Shown here: piece by piece, positions 38,949 through 49,133 of the stretch
Layout: the number at the start of each line of letters is the position of its first letter
Numbering within the stretch: the first letter of the stretch is position 1
NCBI GenBank assembly: GCA_044070495.1
Contig: JBIPSI010000004.1
Coordinates: 32,001 to 96,000, forward strand
From: Spirulina sp.
GTDB taxonomy: Bacteria > Cyanobacteriota > Cyanobacteriia > Phormidesmidales > Phormidesmidaceae
DNA: 64,000 nucleotides
Direction: 5' to 3'
Program-made: the position numbers and the translations under genes
Notes under the pieces: model-generated
The model's database searches: none
What the model was told of the DNA's origin: nothing
What the model saw: only the letters and a program-made list of their open reading frames with translations

Positions 38949-40151
38949 ATGTTCTACTCTGAACCTCTTTCAGCAAAAACTCTTGGCTTTTCAGTTCGTA
39001 AAGTCAACACCTTAGTAGGTTATTCGTCGTTATACGAATTTGAAGACTTTATTGGGACGGTCAGTAATTTTGATTTGCTCGAGGTTCAAGACTTCAAAAG
39101 TATTGACAGGAGCCGCAAGGTATTTAAGACCCTTCGGAAGTTTGACAAATCAGGAAGACTCAGTCAACTTTTGGCCCCAAGTTTTATTCCTGAGAGAAGC
39201 CGATTTTATCTCGACAAAAAATACGATTTTCTGATTTATACTTTCAATAGCGTTTTCGAGTTATTTCTATTTCGATCCGTGCAGGGATGGCAGGATAAAG
39301 CGCGGCACAAAGCCTGTTTCATCAATGAACTTTGGGAGGCAGAATTAAAGGATAGTGACTATCTGATTGAGCTAGCTAAGGATTTCGACCATATCTTTGT
39401 GGGCCTACATCACTGTGTTGAAACCGTCACCCGTCTTACAGGTAAGCCTTGTACCTACTTGCCCTTAGGGGTTGACGCTCTAAAATTTAATCCCTTTATC
39501 ACTCCGGCCAAGCCCTCGGGTATTGATATTTGTAATATTGGTCGCCGCTCTGAGATTACCCACAAAGTTTTACAAGAGTTGGCCCATCGAAATAACTGGT
39601 TCTATTATTACGACACGATCTCTGCCAAAAGTGTCGTCGATCCTGCACTACACATCACTTTCCACGTGAAAGATCATCAAGAGCATCGCGCTCTATACTC
39701 TAATCTTCTCAAGCGCAGTCGCTACTTCATTGCTAATCGAGCCATGGTGAATCGATTTAAATCCGAAAGTGGCAAAGATGAAATTCCGGCACGCTACTTC
39801 GAGGGTTGTGCTGCGGGTACCATTATGCTCGGTGAGCCTCCCAACAACCCAGTCTTCAGAGACTATTTTGGATGGGAAGACGCGGTCATTGCTGCCCCCT
39901 TTGACGCCCCTCATATTGGCGACATCATTACAGAGTTAGAGGCTCAACCAGAACGATTGGCCACTATCCAACGAAATAATGTCATTCATGCCCTCCGTCA
40001 GCATGACTGGCTACATCGGTTACGGACGATTTATAACGCCTTCGATCTACCTTACACTCCCGCCATGGAGGAACGGGCGGCTCAAATTAATGCGTTAGTT
40101 GACCAAGTGCATCGGTCAGGGGCCTCTGAGGCAGCACTGTATGCCACCTAG
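38949..40151 (+). CDS. Glycosyltransferase (GT-B, CgeB/Glyco_trans_1_2-like)
   Basis: YLPLGVD, NIGRRS, RYFEGCAAGTIMLG, HDWLHR; AT-rich. Confidence 0.8.
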   Translation: MFYSEPLSAKTLGFSVRKVNTLVGYSSLYEFEDFIGTVSNFDLLEVQDFKSIDRSRKVFKTLRKFDKSGRLSQLLAPSFIPERSRFYLDKKYDFLIYTFNSVFELFLFRSVQGWQDKARHKACFINELWEAELKDSDYLIELAKDFDHIFVGLHHCVETVTRLTGKPCTYLPLGVDALKFNPFITPAKPSGIDICNIGRRSEITHKVLQELAHRNNWFYYYDTISAKSVVDPALHITFHVKDHQEHRALYSNLLKRSRYFIANRAMVNRFKSESGKDEIPARYFEGCAAGTIMLGEPPNNPVFRDYFGWEDAVIAAPFDAPHIGDIITELEAQPERLATIQRNNVIHALRQHDWLHRLRTIYNAFDLPYTPAMEERAAQINALVDQVHRSGASEAALYAT

Positions 40152-40257
40152 CTATCACCCGCCGTTAGCCCCATAGGAAATACCGTACAGCCAAGCTAAC
40201 CGTAAACTCCCATGGAGGACGGTTGGCCAATGATCCCAGGGCTTAATTCATAAACGC

Positions 40258-40677
40258 CTAGCCATGTTGGTGTGCTTGCACCCGCTTAGCCTGCTGAATC
40301 CAGTTACTCACTTGGTCGGGGGTGGGGCAAAGGTCTGATCGCTGCATGGTTTTGACATGGAGACGCTTAATGCGGGTGTAGAGGGTGGGGGCAGCACTGT
40401 CGGCCAATTGCTTCACCGACACAATACCCGCATGGAGCAGTAGCCCGCTGTAGGTGCAGCCCACCGCGGGCAGTCGCGCCAGTTCTGCCAAAATCACCCA
40501 TTTAGCAATGTAGCGTTCTGGCACAGCCAGAGCTGTGGCCAGGGCTTGGCGCTGGGCCGGAGATTGTCCCTGACGACGCAGGTGCTCTGTGGTCGTTAAT
40601 CCGTGGCTTGCCAAGGACTGGGCCTGGGGTGCGCTCAACCCCGGTAGGTTTTGAATGGGAAAATTACTGAGATTCAT
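40258..40677 (-). CDS. DUF4332 family helix-hairpin-helix protein
   Basis: IQNLPGL, KW..LAEL.RLP.VG..YSGLL..AGI.SV.QLA, WIQQAK. Confidence 0.85.
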   Translation of the reverse strand: MNLSNFPIQNLPGLSAPQAQSLASHGLTTTEHLRRQGQSPAQRQALATALAVPERYIAKWVILAELARLPAVGCTYSGLLLHAGIVSVKQLADSAAPTLYTRIKRLHVKTMQRSDLCPTPDQVSNWIQQAKRVQAHQHG

Positions 40678-40775
40678 GATCGCCCTTGTGATTGAAAAAG
40701 CCCCAGGGAAACCACACCGGAGAATGGGGCCATGGGGCAAAAAAGCAAGCTATACTAATGAGGGCCTAGGGCCTC

Positions 40776-40849
40776 CGGGATGTAGCGCAGCTTGGTAGCG
40801 CGCCTGCTTTGGGAGCAGGATGTCGCAGGTTCAAATCCTGTCATCCCGA
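40776..40849 (+). tRNA. trnP: tRNA-Pro(TGG)
   Basis: Acceptor stem CGGGATG/CATCCCG, D arm, anticodon arm CCTGC-ttTGGga-GCAGG, T loop GGTTCAAATCC; CCA not encoded. Confidence 0.97.
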
Positions 40850-40953
40850 TTATCCATCTTTTTGACTGTCACACTCTCCACCCCTCCCCTGTCCTACCCT
40901 CACTAGGATAGAGGTGCGGTATGGTAAAATCCCTCAAAAATTTGGAAGGCGTT

Positions 40954-41700
40954 ATGCGCAAACTGTTCCCCCGTGCTGGTTTATCCGTTTCTTTGGTTGG
41001 TGCTGTAACCGGTGGGTTATTGCTCGGTATGTTTGGTTTGGCGCAGCGGGCCTGGGCCTTAACTGCCGAACAAATTGCTAGCAGGCTCACCCAAGTTCCG
41101 GTTTTTGTCATTTTGGATGCCCAGGGGGAAAGGCTCAAGGCCGTCAGTGAGTCCGATGAAAATGTCCAGGCTCCGGTCGTCTTTTTGGATGGCCAAACGG
41201 CGGCGACAGTGCTGTCTCAGGTGGAGGCCGGTGGACAGCAGGCTCAAATTGAAGTCATTGACCTAGCCAGTCTCTATCGGGAAGTGGTGGACAGCGAGGG
41301 TGTTGCGCCCCTGCTGTATTTTCCCATCCGAGACGAACTGGCGGCGGCGGTTGAGTTGGAACCGGAATTCCAGGGAGTGCCCCTGTTTATTCCGCGCCGG
41401 GGCGACAGCGATGCCTATCTGCCCTTTGTCCAGGGGGATGAGGTCTCGTTGCCGATGTTCTTTTCCCGCGAAGACCTGCAAACCTATGTAGACTGGGTCT
41501 TTGAAGAAAACCCCGCCGGGGCCGAGGAAATTACGGTGGAGGTGGTGTCCCTAGAGTGGCTCTTGGCCTCCATGGCCGCCAGCGAAGATACCACCACCGA
41601 TAACCAATTCAGCCAGGTGCGTCTCTTCCCCTCCAGCGATGTACTGGAATTCATCAACATGATCCGCGAACGGCAGGGTCAACCTGCCCCCGCCGAGTAG
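40954..41700 (+). CDS. Tic22-like periplasmic chaperone
   Basis: Signal peptide ending AWA-L, VPVFVI..G, FQGVPLF, PMFFSREDL; alternative start at 40921. Confidence 0.8.
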   Translation: MRKLFPRAGLSVSLVGAVTGGLLLGMFGLAQRAWALTAEQIASRLTQVPVFVILDAQGERLKAVSESDENVQAPVVFLDGQTAATVLSQVEAGGQQAQIEVIDLASLYREVVDSEGVAPLLYFPIRDELAAAVELEPEFQGVPLFIPRRGDSDAYLPFVQGDEVSLPMFFSREDLQTYVDWVFEENPAGAEEITVEVVSLEWLLASMAASEDTTTDNQFSQVRLFPSSDVLEFINMIRERQGQPAPAE

Positions 41701-41884
41701 GACAGTATTCCTAGGCGATGGTATCCGTCGCCCAAGACTAGAAGCCCCGCCTAGAGATTGAACCATCATTGTCCCTCTCCCGTGGGGAGAGGGATTTAGG
41801 ACGAGGGGAACTCCGGGTGTGAAGCTGGGCAAGGTTTAGATACTGATGGTGTAGACGATTATCGCGATATCCGCCCAACACCGA

Positions 41885-43162
41885 CTATAGATATTCACGG
41901 CCCAGGTAGGGTTGGAGCACCTCCGGCACCCGCACGGAGCCGTTAGCCTCTTGGTAGTTTTCCAAGATGGCCGCCATGGTGCGACCAACGGCGAGGCCAG
42001 AACCGTTGAGGGTATGGAGGTACTGGGTGCCCTTTTGGCCAGGGGATTTAAACCGAATGTTGGCGCGGCGAGCCTGGAAATCGAGGCAGTTGGAGCAGCT
42101 CGAAATTTCCCGGTAGCGCCCCGCCGAGGGCATCCACACCTCTAGGTCGTAGGTTTTGCAGCTTGAGAAGCCCAGATCGCCGGTACAGAGGGCCAGCACT
42201 CGGTAGGGCAGCTTCAGCTTTTGCAGAATGTCTTCGGCATCAGCTACGAGGGCTTCCAGTTCATCAAAGGAGGTATCGGGGTGGACGAACTTGTACATCT
42301 CCACCTTGTTGAACTGGTGCAGCCGAATCAGGCCACGGGTATCTTTGCCGTAGCTGCCCGCCTCGCGACGGAAGCAGGGGGTATAGGCGCAGTAGTGGAT
42401 GGGTAGATCCTCGGCGGAGAGGATGTCATCGCGATGGAGGTTGGTGAGGGGCACCTCGGCGGTGGGGGTGAGCCACAGATCATCGTCGCTGCACCGGAAG
42501 CTTTCTTCGGCAAATTTGGGCAGTTGCCCCGATGCCGTGAGGGCTGCCGAGTTGACCAGGTAGGGCGGCATGATTTCCTGGTAGCCCGCCTGGGTGTGGC
42601 GATCTAGCATGAAGGAAATCAGGGCGCGTTCTAGGGCGGCTCCGGCTCCTATCAACGTCACAAAGCGGCTCTGGGCAATTTTCTCGGCGGCGCGCTTAAA
42701 GTCTAGGATGCCAAGGGTTTCGCCGATCTCCCAGTGAGGCTGGATGGGGTGCTGAGGTTGCAGATCGTCGCCCCAGCGGCGCACCTCCACATTCTCGGTT
42801 TCGTCAGAACCCACGGGGGTGGTTTCACTGGGAAGGTTGGGTAGGGTGAGTAGAAACGCCTCAATTTGGGCCTTCAGATCCCGCTCCTGGGGTTCTAGGG
42901 TTTGTAGTTCCGCCTTCACCTGGTTACCGGATTCCTTCAGGGCCGACACCTCTGGGCCATTGGGGGCGGCCCCGGCTTTGATGGCTTGGCCCACCTGTTT
43001 GCCAATGTCGTTGCTGCGGGCCTGAAGTTGGGATCGCACCGTTTCAATCTGGCGCTGTTGTAGATCCAACGCCAGCAGGGGGGCAAGGTCGTAGCTACCC
43101 CGCTTGGCCAGGGCTGCCTGTACCTGATCTGGGTTTTCCCGTATTTGCCTTAAGTCCAGCAC
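41885..43162 (-). CDS. serS: Serine--tRNA ligase
   Basis: [41 protein letters not shown]. Confidence 0.98.
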   Translation of the reverse strand: MLDLRQIRENPDQVQAALAKRGSYDLAPLLALDLQQRQIETVRSQLQARSNDIGKQVGQAIKAGAAPNGPEVSALKESGNQVKAELQTLEPQERDLKAQIEAFLLTLPNLPSETTPVGSDETENVEVRRWGDDLQPQHPIQPHWEIGETLGILDFKRAAEKIAQSRFVTLIGAGAALERALISFMLDRHTQAGYQEIMPPYLVNSAALTASGQLPKFAEESFRCSDDDLWLTPTAEVPLTNLHRDDILSAEDLPIHYCAYTPCFRREAGSYGKDTRGLIRLHQFNKVEMYKFVHPDTSFDELEALVADAEDILQKLKLPYRVLALCTGDLGFSSCKTYDLEVWMPSAGRYREISSCSNCLDFQARRANIRFKSPGQKGTQYLHTLNGSGLAVGRTMAAILENYQEANGSVRVPEVLQPYLGREYL

Positions 43163-43537
43163 CGCCGTTCCTTAGAATTCGCCCACTAGCGCCCCCTGGG
43201 CCTAGCCAATAGTTCAGAATATCAGGAAATGAGCGGGGAACGCCTTCCCCTGGGGCCTAGGAACACAGCCATCTCACCCCACCAATCCGACCGAGGACTT
43301 CGCCTAAATTCTATGGCCACAGGAAAATCCATGGCTTCCATCAACATCGTGCTCGATGCTGTGATGCAAGAGATTGAGCAAACGCCCGCTGAGTACCTTC
43401 TTGTGCCAATGGGGCTGGCCATGGCCGTGAGGTTTCGATTCCAGTCTCCCCCGTTGCGAGCGCTGCTCATTCCTTAACGGCTTAGGGGCAATCGCCTAGG
43501 GCATGTAGACAGGCCAGAGGGCGAGGCAGGTTCATGA

Positions 43538-43876
43538 TTAGAGGACGCGGGTAAGGGCGGCAATCTTGGACAATTTTGAAGCCTCTAGCCCCGCCAAATC
43601 CTCTGCCCCTAGCCAACCGTCTTTGGTGAGTTGGGCTAGCGCAAACAGAATTTCCTCGTCGTTGTCGCTGTCGTCGTACTTGCCGTCTAGGTCAAAGCGG
43701 CGGGCACTGAGGAAGTCATTCAACTGCCACACCTCCTCCAGGGAGGTGATTTCGCTGGAGCGTTGGCGCACCACTTGAATAATGGCGTCTACCTCGCGGC
43801 TGCGGGCGTTGGCCAAAGCGGCCTTAACGAGACTGATCTCTTGGACAGTCCACTGAGATTCGGTAACCTGCTTCAT
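43538..43876 (-). CDS. frp: Fluorescence recovery protein FRP
   Basis: W.LNDFLSARR..DGKYD signature; immediately downstream of ocp. Confidence 0.92.
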   Translation of the reverse strand: MKQVTESQWTVQEISLVKAALANARSREVDAIIQVVRQRSSEITSLEEVWQLNDFLSARRFDLDGKYDDSDNDEEILFALAQLTKDGWLGAEDLAGLEASKLSKIAALTRVL

Positions 43877-43929
43877 TGAGTATTGGGAGAATCAATCTAC
43901 TGGTTTAATATCTCTCAATATTAAAGTAT

Positions 43930-43947
43930 TTTACATAACTTCACATT
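43930..43947. promoter_or_regulatory. Candidate HLR1 (RpaB) site upstream of frp
   Basis: TTTACATA-AC-TTCACATT matches the (G/T)TTACA(T/A)(T/A)-N2 direct repeat with one mismatch. Confidence 0.55.
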
Positions 43948-44035
43948 TTTATCAGAAAGACAGCCAGAGTCCTTGGGGTGAGGTCTCCGGCTGTGGTGTT
44001 TTCCTAAAACCCGATGGATGACCCCTGGTTTAGGT

Positions 44036-44058
44036 GGGCTAGGAGACCTCGCCCCTAC
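44036..44058 (-). repeat. GTAG-type REP-like palindrome (family A)
   Basis: Reverse complement GTAGGGGCGAGGTCTCCTAGCCC; partial partner at ~43975. Confidence 0.6.
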
Positions 44059-44113
44059 CGTTTGGTGGGTCGGGGCGAGGGAACTCGGATTGGGTCTCAA
44101 ATCGGCGGTTAAG

Positions 44114-45073
44114 CTAACGGGCGAAGTTGAGCAGTTCTTTGGGAGAGGCTAGGAGGTCAATGGCGACGAAGAAAATCTTGCCCTCAGGATTCAGCAAAAA
44201 CCGCCAGGCAATATTCATGCCCACTCCGGCTCCAAACCAGGGGGTTTGCACTTTCCCGGTGACTTTGATCTGCGTGAAGCCATCATCTGCGGGTTCGGAG
44301 ACGCCCCGTTCTGGCAACAGCCGCAGGTTTTGGCACTCTTCCTTGAAGAACCGCAAAATGTTCTCTTTACCCACAATGGGGCGGCGGAAGGGGGGTTGTA
44401 GACCACCATCGGAGGTGAACAGTTCAATCAACGCCTCAAAGTCATTGGCGTTGAGGTTGTTCATGTACGACAGCACCGTCGGGTTATTGATGTCGGCAAT
44501 GGTGACCTGGGTGCGCTGGCCCATATCCTGGGGCGGCACCACAGGCTCGGCTACCCGCTGGGAGGAATCAAGCTTGCCCGTGTCAAAGCCCATGTCTACC
44601 ACGGAATTACGCAGCACCGTAATTTGCTGGCCTGCGTCGAGGTTGCGAATGGCTTGTAGCACGGAGGAGGCATTGGCGGATAGTTTATAGCCCTCCGGGA
44701 TGGGGGCCACGGAGCCTTCTTCCATCCATTGGCCGAGGCGATACCAGAACCCTAGCTTGATGTTGGGCGACCAGGAGGCATAGGTGCGGCAGATGGGGGT
44801 GTCGGCCCGGTTGGCCAGGTCGCACATAACCTGGGACTGCTGCTGGAAAGGCATGGCCTTAATCTCGGCCAAGGTTGGCTCGGCAAATTGCATACTGGCC
44901 GCACCGGGGGCGGCGATGGTGATGGCGTTGCCCATTTCGAGGTAGGCAAACCAGATTAGGGCAAGCTGATCTTCGGCACTGAGTTGATTAAAGCGGGCAA
45001 TGGTCGCAGGTACCGCATCAGCACTGAGAGTACTCGGAAAAATGGAGCGGGCAGAATCAATGGTAAAAGGCAT
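44114..45073 (-). CDS. ocp: Orange carotenoid protein (OCP1 clade, FRP-linked)
   Basis: MPFTIDSARSIFP, KLGFWY, GQQITVLR, KVQTPWFG, LLASPKELLN. Confidence 0.97.
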   Translation of the reverse strand: MPFTIDSARSIFPSTLSADAVPATIARFNQLSAEDQLALIWFAYLEMGNAITIAAPGAASMQFAEPTLAEIKAMPFQQQSQVMCDLANRADTPICRTYASWSPNIKLGFWYRLGQWMEEGSVAPIPEGYKLSANASSVLQAIRNLDAGQQITVLRNSVVDMGFDTGKLDSSQRVAEPVVPPQDMGQRTQVTIADINNPTVLSYMNNLNANDFEALIELFTSDGGLQPPFRRPIVGKENILRFFKEECQNLRLLPERGVSEPADDGFTQIKVTGKVQTPWFGAGVGMNIAWRFLLNPEGKIFFVAIDLLASPKELLNFAR

Positions 45074-45418
45074 ATTAAGCCTCCAATATCAGGTTTTTGG
45101 CGAATCTTAACCTTTGGCATGGAAAAGGCTCCTACGACCTAGAGTACGGAATAGCGGCCCCTTTTCTTGTGAAGAAGTTCAAAGGGGTATGGTCTATGGA
45201 TACGATTAGTTTTCACCTCGTTTTCATTGCTCTTGGGCTATCGCCATCGGGTAGGCCGCTCAGCCCGTCACTCCCTTGGTCAAGGCCCCCCGCCCGCCAA
45301 CGACGCTTGCGGCCTTGGCCTATCCGCGCAACAAGGTCAATGCCGCCGCCTTTGCGCTGGCACATTAAAATAGGGACGCTGGCCTTTCGGCGTTTTTCCT
45401 TCCTTTGGTGCCCATCCC

Positions 45419-48064
45419 GTGCCTGATCTTGCCCAACTGTTCCCGTTTCCCTTAGATACCTTTCAGCTTAAGGCCGTTGCCGCCCTGGATGCCGGGAAGT
45501 CGGTGGTGGTCTGTGCGCCCACGGGATCGGGCAAAACCCTGGTGGGAGAATACGCCATCCATCGTGCTCTAGCCCACGGCAAGCGGGTGTTTTATACCAC
45601 GCCATTGAAGGCGCTGTCGAACCAAAAGCTGCGGGACTTTCGGGAGCAGTTTGGCCATGAACAGGTGGGACTGCTGACCGGGGATATTTCCATCAACCGG
45701 GACGCGCCCATTGTGGTGATGACCACGGAAATTTTTCGCAACATGCTCTATGGCACCCGCATCGGCGAAACCGGGACGACCCTACAACAGGTGGAGGCCG
45801 TGGTGCTAGACGAGTGCCACTACATGAACGACCGCCAGCGGGGCACCGTTTGGGAGGAATCCATTATCTACTGCCCCCCCGAAATTCAGCTTCTCGCCCT
45901 CTCCGCCACGGTGGAAAATAGCGGCCAGCTTACCGACTGGCTGCAAAAGGTCCATGGCCCCACGGAGTTGATCTATTCCAACTTTCGCCCGGTGCCCCTG
46001 GAGTTCCACTACTGCACCACCAAGCGCCTGGTGCCCCTGCTGGATAGCAGCAACAAAAAAATGCACCCCCAGCTCAAAAAGCAGCGCCCCCCCCAGCGTC
46101 AGCCCGGTCGCCGCAACCAAAACCGGGTGGGCCTCGCCTTTGCGGTGGGACAGCTTCAGCAGCGGGATATGCTGCCTGCGATTTACTTCATCTTCAGCCG
46201 CCGGGGCTGCGACAAGGCGGTGGATGAGGTCAGCGGTCTGTCCTTGGTGAACGAGGAGGAATCACGCCGCCTGAAAGAACGCATCGACATTTTCCTCGCC
46301 CACAACCCCGATGCCGGACGGGCCGGACAGGTGGAGCCGCTGTATCGAGGCATTGCCGCCCACCACGCCGGAATTTTGCCCCTGTGGAAGGGCTTGGTGG
46401 AAGAACTGTTCCAGGAAGGCTTAATCAAAGTGGTGTTTGCCACCGAAACCCTGGCGGCGGGGATCAACATGCCCGCCCGTACCACGGTGATTTCCAGTCT
46501 GTCTAAACGGACAGACATGGGCCATCGGCTGCTGACCGCCTCGGAATTTTTGCAGATGGCGGGGCGGGCCGGACGGCGGGGCATGGACTTGCAGGGGCAC
46601 GTCGTCACCGTGGAAAGCCCCTTTGAGGGATCGCGAGAGGCGGTGCATTTGGCCACCTCAGGGCCGGATCCTCTGGTCAGCCAGTTCACCCCCAGCTATG
46701 GCATGGTGCTCAACCTGCTGCAAACCCATAGCCTGGAGGAAGCCAAAGATCTCATCGAGCGCAGCTTTGGCCAATACCTCGCCACCCTGCACCTACAACC
46801 CCAGCAGGAGGAAATCGCCCGTCTAGAAAAAGAAATCGCCCACCACCAGGCCCAGTTGGACACCGTGGACGAGGCCATCCTCGCCGACTACGCCAAGCTG
46901 AAGGAGCGCATTAAAGAAGAGCGGCGGCTCTTGAAGATTCTGCAACAGCAGGCCACCACCGTCCTTGCCGAAGACGTGGCCAAGATGGTGCCCTTCGCCA
47001 TCGCCGGAACCCTACTCTCTCTCAAGGGCAAGCATATCCCCGTCCCCCAGCCCGTTCCCGCCGTGCTGGTAACGAAGTTGCAGGGATCGGGCCAATTCCC
47101 CTACCTGGTGTGCCTCACCCACGACAACCACTGGTACGTGGTCACAGCGGGGGATGTGGTGGGTCTCCATGCCGAAATTCCCCGCCTGCAAGCGGTGGAT
47201 CGCCTTGCCCCGCCCACCGACCTGCCCCCCACCCCCGGCCAACACCGCCGAGGGGATGCCGATAGCGCTGCCGTGGTTTCCCGCATGGTGCAGCCGCCCA
47301 GCCTGGAGGAACTGGCTCCCGAAGTCAAAGAACAACTCGACCGGATGCAGCAGGTGGAAATCGCCCTAGAGAACCACCCGGCCCGCCAGTGGGAAAACCC
47401 CACCGGGTTACTAAAGCGGCAAAAGTACCTGCAAAACCTGCGTAACGAACGGGCCGACCGCACCGACAAGCTGGCCCAATACACCGGGCGCTACTGGCAG
47501 GAATTTCTTGACATTATGGACGTGCTGAAGCACTTTGGTGCCCTCGCCGACAACCAGCCCACGGAACTGGGCGAAATGGCCGCCGCCATCCGGGGCGACA
47601 ACGAACTGTGGCTGGCCCTGGCCCTGGCCTCCGGGGAATTTGACCATTTGGGTACCCCCCAATTTGCCACCGCCTTTGCCGCCCTGGTGACGGAAAACTC
47701 CCGCCCCGATAGCTGGTGTCGCTACAAGCTTTCTGGAGCGGTAGAAGAGGTGCTCGGTGGCCTCCATGGCCTGCGCCGCCAGCTCTTTCAGCAACAGCAC
47801 CGCCGCCGCATCGATGCCCCGATCTGGCTGGAGTACGACCTGGTGCCCATCGTCGAACAGTGGGCCTTGGGGGAAAACTGGGTCACCCTCTGTGCCAACA
47901 CCAGCCTCGACGAGGGCGACATCGTTCGCATCCTGCGCCGCACCCTGGATGTGCTGTCCCAAATTCCCCATGTGCCCTACCTGCCGGATCATTTGCGCCA
48001 AACCGCCCGTGCCGCCAAGGATTTGCTCAACCGCTTCCCCATCAACGAGGATGTAGAGGGCTGA
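45419..48064 (+). CDS. Ski2/HelY-like DEAD/DEAH-box RNA helicase with DSHCT domain
   Basis: APTGSGKT, DECH, SAT, HHAG, QMAGRAGRRG, DEGDIVR. Confidence 0.93.
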   Translation: MPDLAQLFPFPLDTFQLKAVAALDAGKSVVVCAPTGSGKTLVGEYAIHRALAHGKRVFYTTPLKALSNQKLRDFREQFGHEQVGLLTGDISINRDAPIVVMTTEIFRNMLYGTRIGETGTTLQQVEAVVLDECHYMNDRQRGTVWEESIIYCPPEIQLLALSATVENSGQLTDWLQKVHGPTELIYSNFRPVPLEFHYCTTKRLVPLLDSSNKKMHPQLKKQRPPQRQPGRRNQNRVGLAFAVGQLQQRDMLPAIYFIFSRRGCDKAVDEVSGLSLVNEEESRRLKERIDIFLAHNPDAGRAGQVEPLYRGIAAHHAGILPLWKGLVEELFQEGLIKVVFATETLAAGINMPARTTVISSLSKRTDMGHRLLTASEFLQMAGRAGRRGMDLQGHVVTVESPFEGSREAVHLATSGPDPLVSQFTPSYGMVLNLLQTHSLEEAKDLIERSFGQYLATLHLQPQQEEIARLEKEIAHHQAQLDTVDEAILADYAKLKERIKEERRLLKILQQQATTVLAEDVAKMVPFAIAGTLLSLKGKHIPVPQPVPAVLVTKLQGSGQFPYLVCLTHDNHWYVVTAGDVVGLHAEIPRLQAVDRLAPPTDLPPTPGQHRRGDADSAAVVSRMVQPPSLEELAPEVKEQLDRMQQVEIALENHPARQWENPTGLLKRQKYLQNLRNERADRTDKLAQYTGRYWQEFLDIMDVLKHFGALADNQPTELGEMAAAIRGDNELWLALALASGEFDHLGTPQFATAFAALVTENSRPDSWCRYKLSGAVEEVLGGLHGLRRQLFQQQHRRRIDAPIWLEYDLVPIVEQWALGENWVTLCANTSLDEGDIVRILRRTLDVLSQIPHVPYLPDHLRQTARAAKDLLNRFPINEDVEG

Positions 48065-48068
48065 TGGG

Positions 48069-48752
48069 CTAGACGGTACGGAGTAAGCTTAAAACCGCTT
48101 CGGCGGTCACTTCCGAAGATGCAGGATTTTGCCCAGTTACCAAGTTACCATCACTGACCACGTAGGGTTGCCAGTTGTCGGCCTTAGAGTAGGTGCCGCC
48201 GTTACGTTTGAGCATGTCTTCCACCAAAAACGGCACCACCGCCGTCAGGCCCACAGCTTCTTCTTCGCTGTTGCTGAACCCGGTGACGGCTTTGTTGCTG
48301 ACCAAGGGCGATCCGTCGGCGTTTTTGGGGTGGCGCAGGGTGGCCGGGGCATGGCACACCGCCCCCACAGGCTTGCCCGCTCCGTAGAACGCCTCAATCA
48401 GGGCAATGGAGTGGGCATCTTCGGCCAAATCCCACAGCGGGCCATGGCCACCGGGATAGAACACGGCATCGTAGTCCTCGGCGGATAGGCTGGATAGCAC
48501 CACCGTATGGGCCAGGGCGGCTTGGGCCTCTGGGTCTTGGCGAAAGCGCTCCGTGGCCTCGGTTTGGGCATCGGGGGCATCGCTTTTGGGATCGAGGGGC
48601 GGTTGACCTCCCAGGGGCGAGGCAAGGGTGATCTCGGCCCCGGCATCTTTGAACACGTAGTAGGGCGTCGCAAATTCCTCTAGCCAAAATCCGGTTTTTT
48701 GGCCCGTGCTGCCAAGCTGATCGTGGGAGGTCAGAACCATCAGAATTTTCAT
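48069..48752 (-). CDS. DJ-1/PfpI (Hsp31-like) type 1 glutamine amidotransferase domain protein
   Basis: TGFWLEE, PGGHGP, VCHAP, TGQNPAS; AGGAG SD upstream. Confidence 0.93.
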   Translation of the reverse strand: MKILMVLTSHDQLGSTGQKTGFWLEEFATPYYVFKDAGAEITLASPLGGQPPLDPKSDAPDAQTEATERFRQDPEAQAALAHTVVLSSLSAEDYDAVFYPGGHGPLWDLAEDAHSIALIEAFYGAGKPVGAVCHAPATLRHPKNADGSPLVSNKAVTGFSNSEEEAVGLTAVVPFLVEDMLKRNGGTYSKADNWQPYVVSDGNLVTGQNPASSEVTAEAVLSLLRTV

Positions 48753-48818
48753 GGACAACTCCTGGGGTATGAGGGCGTGTGGGATATCGTCAAGTCAGCG
48801 GGCTTTGTTGCTGGATCG

Positions 48819-49133
48819 CTAGGGCACCGTGGCAGTACCCACCACGATCTCGGCCTGGTCGGGGGTAGCGGCGCGAATCACCACGGTATTAAACAGGCTG
48901 ATATCGGTGCCTGGGGGCACCGCCAAGTCAAAGGCAGATTGCTGAGCGGGAATTAGGCCCAGGGGAATGTGGCGTTTGGACAGGTTTCCGTTAATGGTCA
49001 AGACCGCCTCTAGGGCAAGATCGTCGGCACTGGTGCTGAAGTTTTGAAAGGAAAGCGTGGTGTGGTGATTCACGATAGCAGCCCCTACATAGCCGCTGGC
49101 GCTAAAATTTCCCTCTCCGGCCACCGTACCCAT
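48819..49133 (-). CDS. Small DM13-like beta protein
   Basis: G.F...G.A, L.FQNFST, LG, VPPGTDISLFNTVVI pattern; AGGAG SD about 9 nt upstream. Confidence 0.55.
   Translation of the reverse strand: MGTVAGEGNFSASGYVGAAIVNHHTTLSFQNFSTSADDLALEAVLTINGNLSKRHIPLGLIPAQQSAFDLAVPPGTDISLFNTVVIRAATPDQAEIVVGTATVP

Noticed and set aside
40776..40849. tRNA-Pro as an integration site of a genomic island
   Set aside because: No duplicated tRNA 3' end or integrase seen; the flanking genes are ordinary cyanobacterial genes
45419..48064. Helicase as part of an anti-phage defence system
   Set aside because: Typical conserved HelY/Ski2-like helicase with host codon usage and no defence-type neighbours
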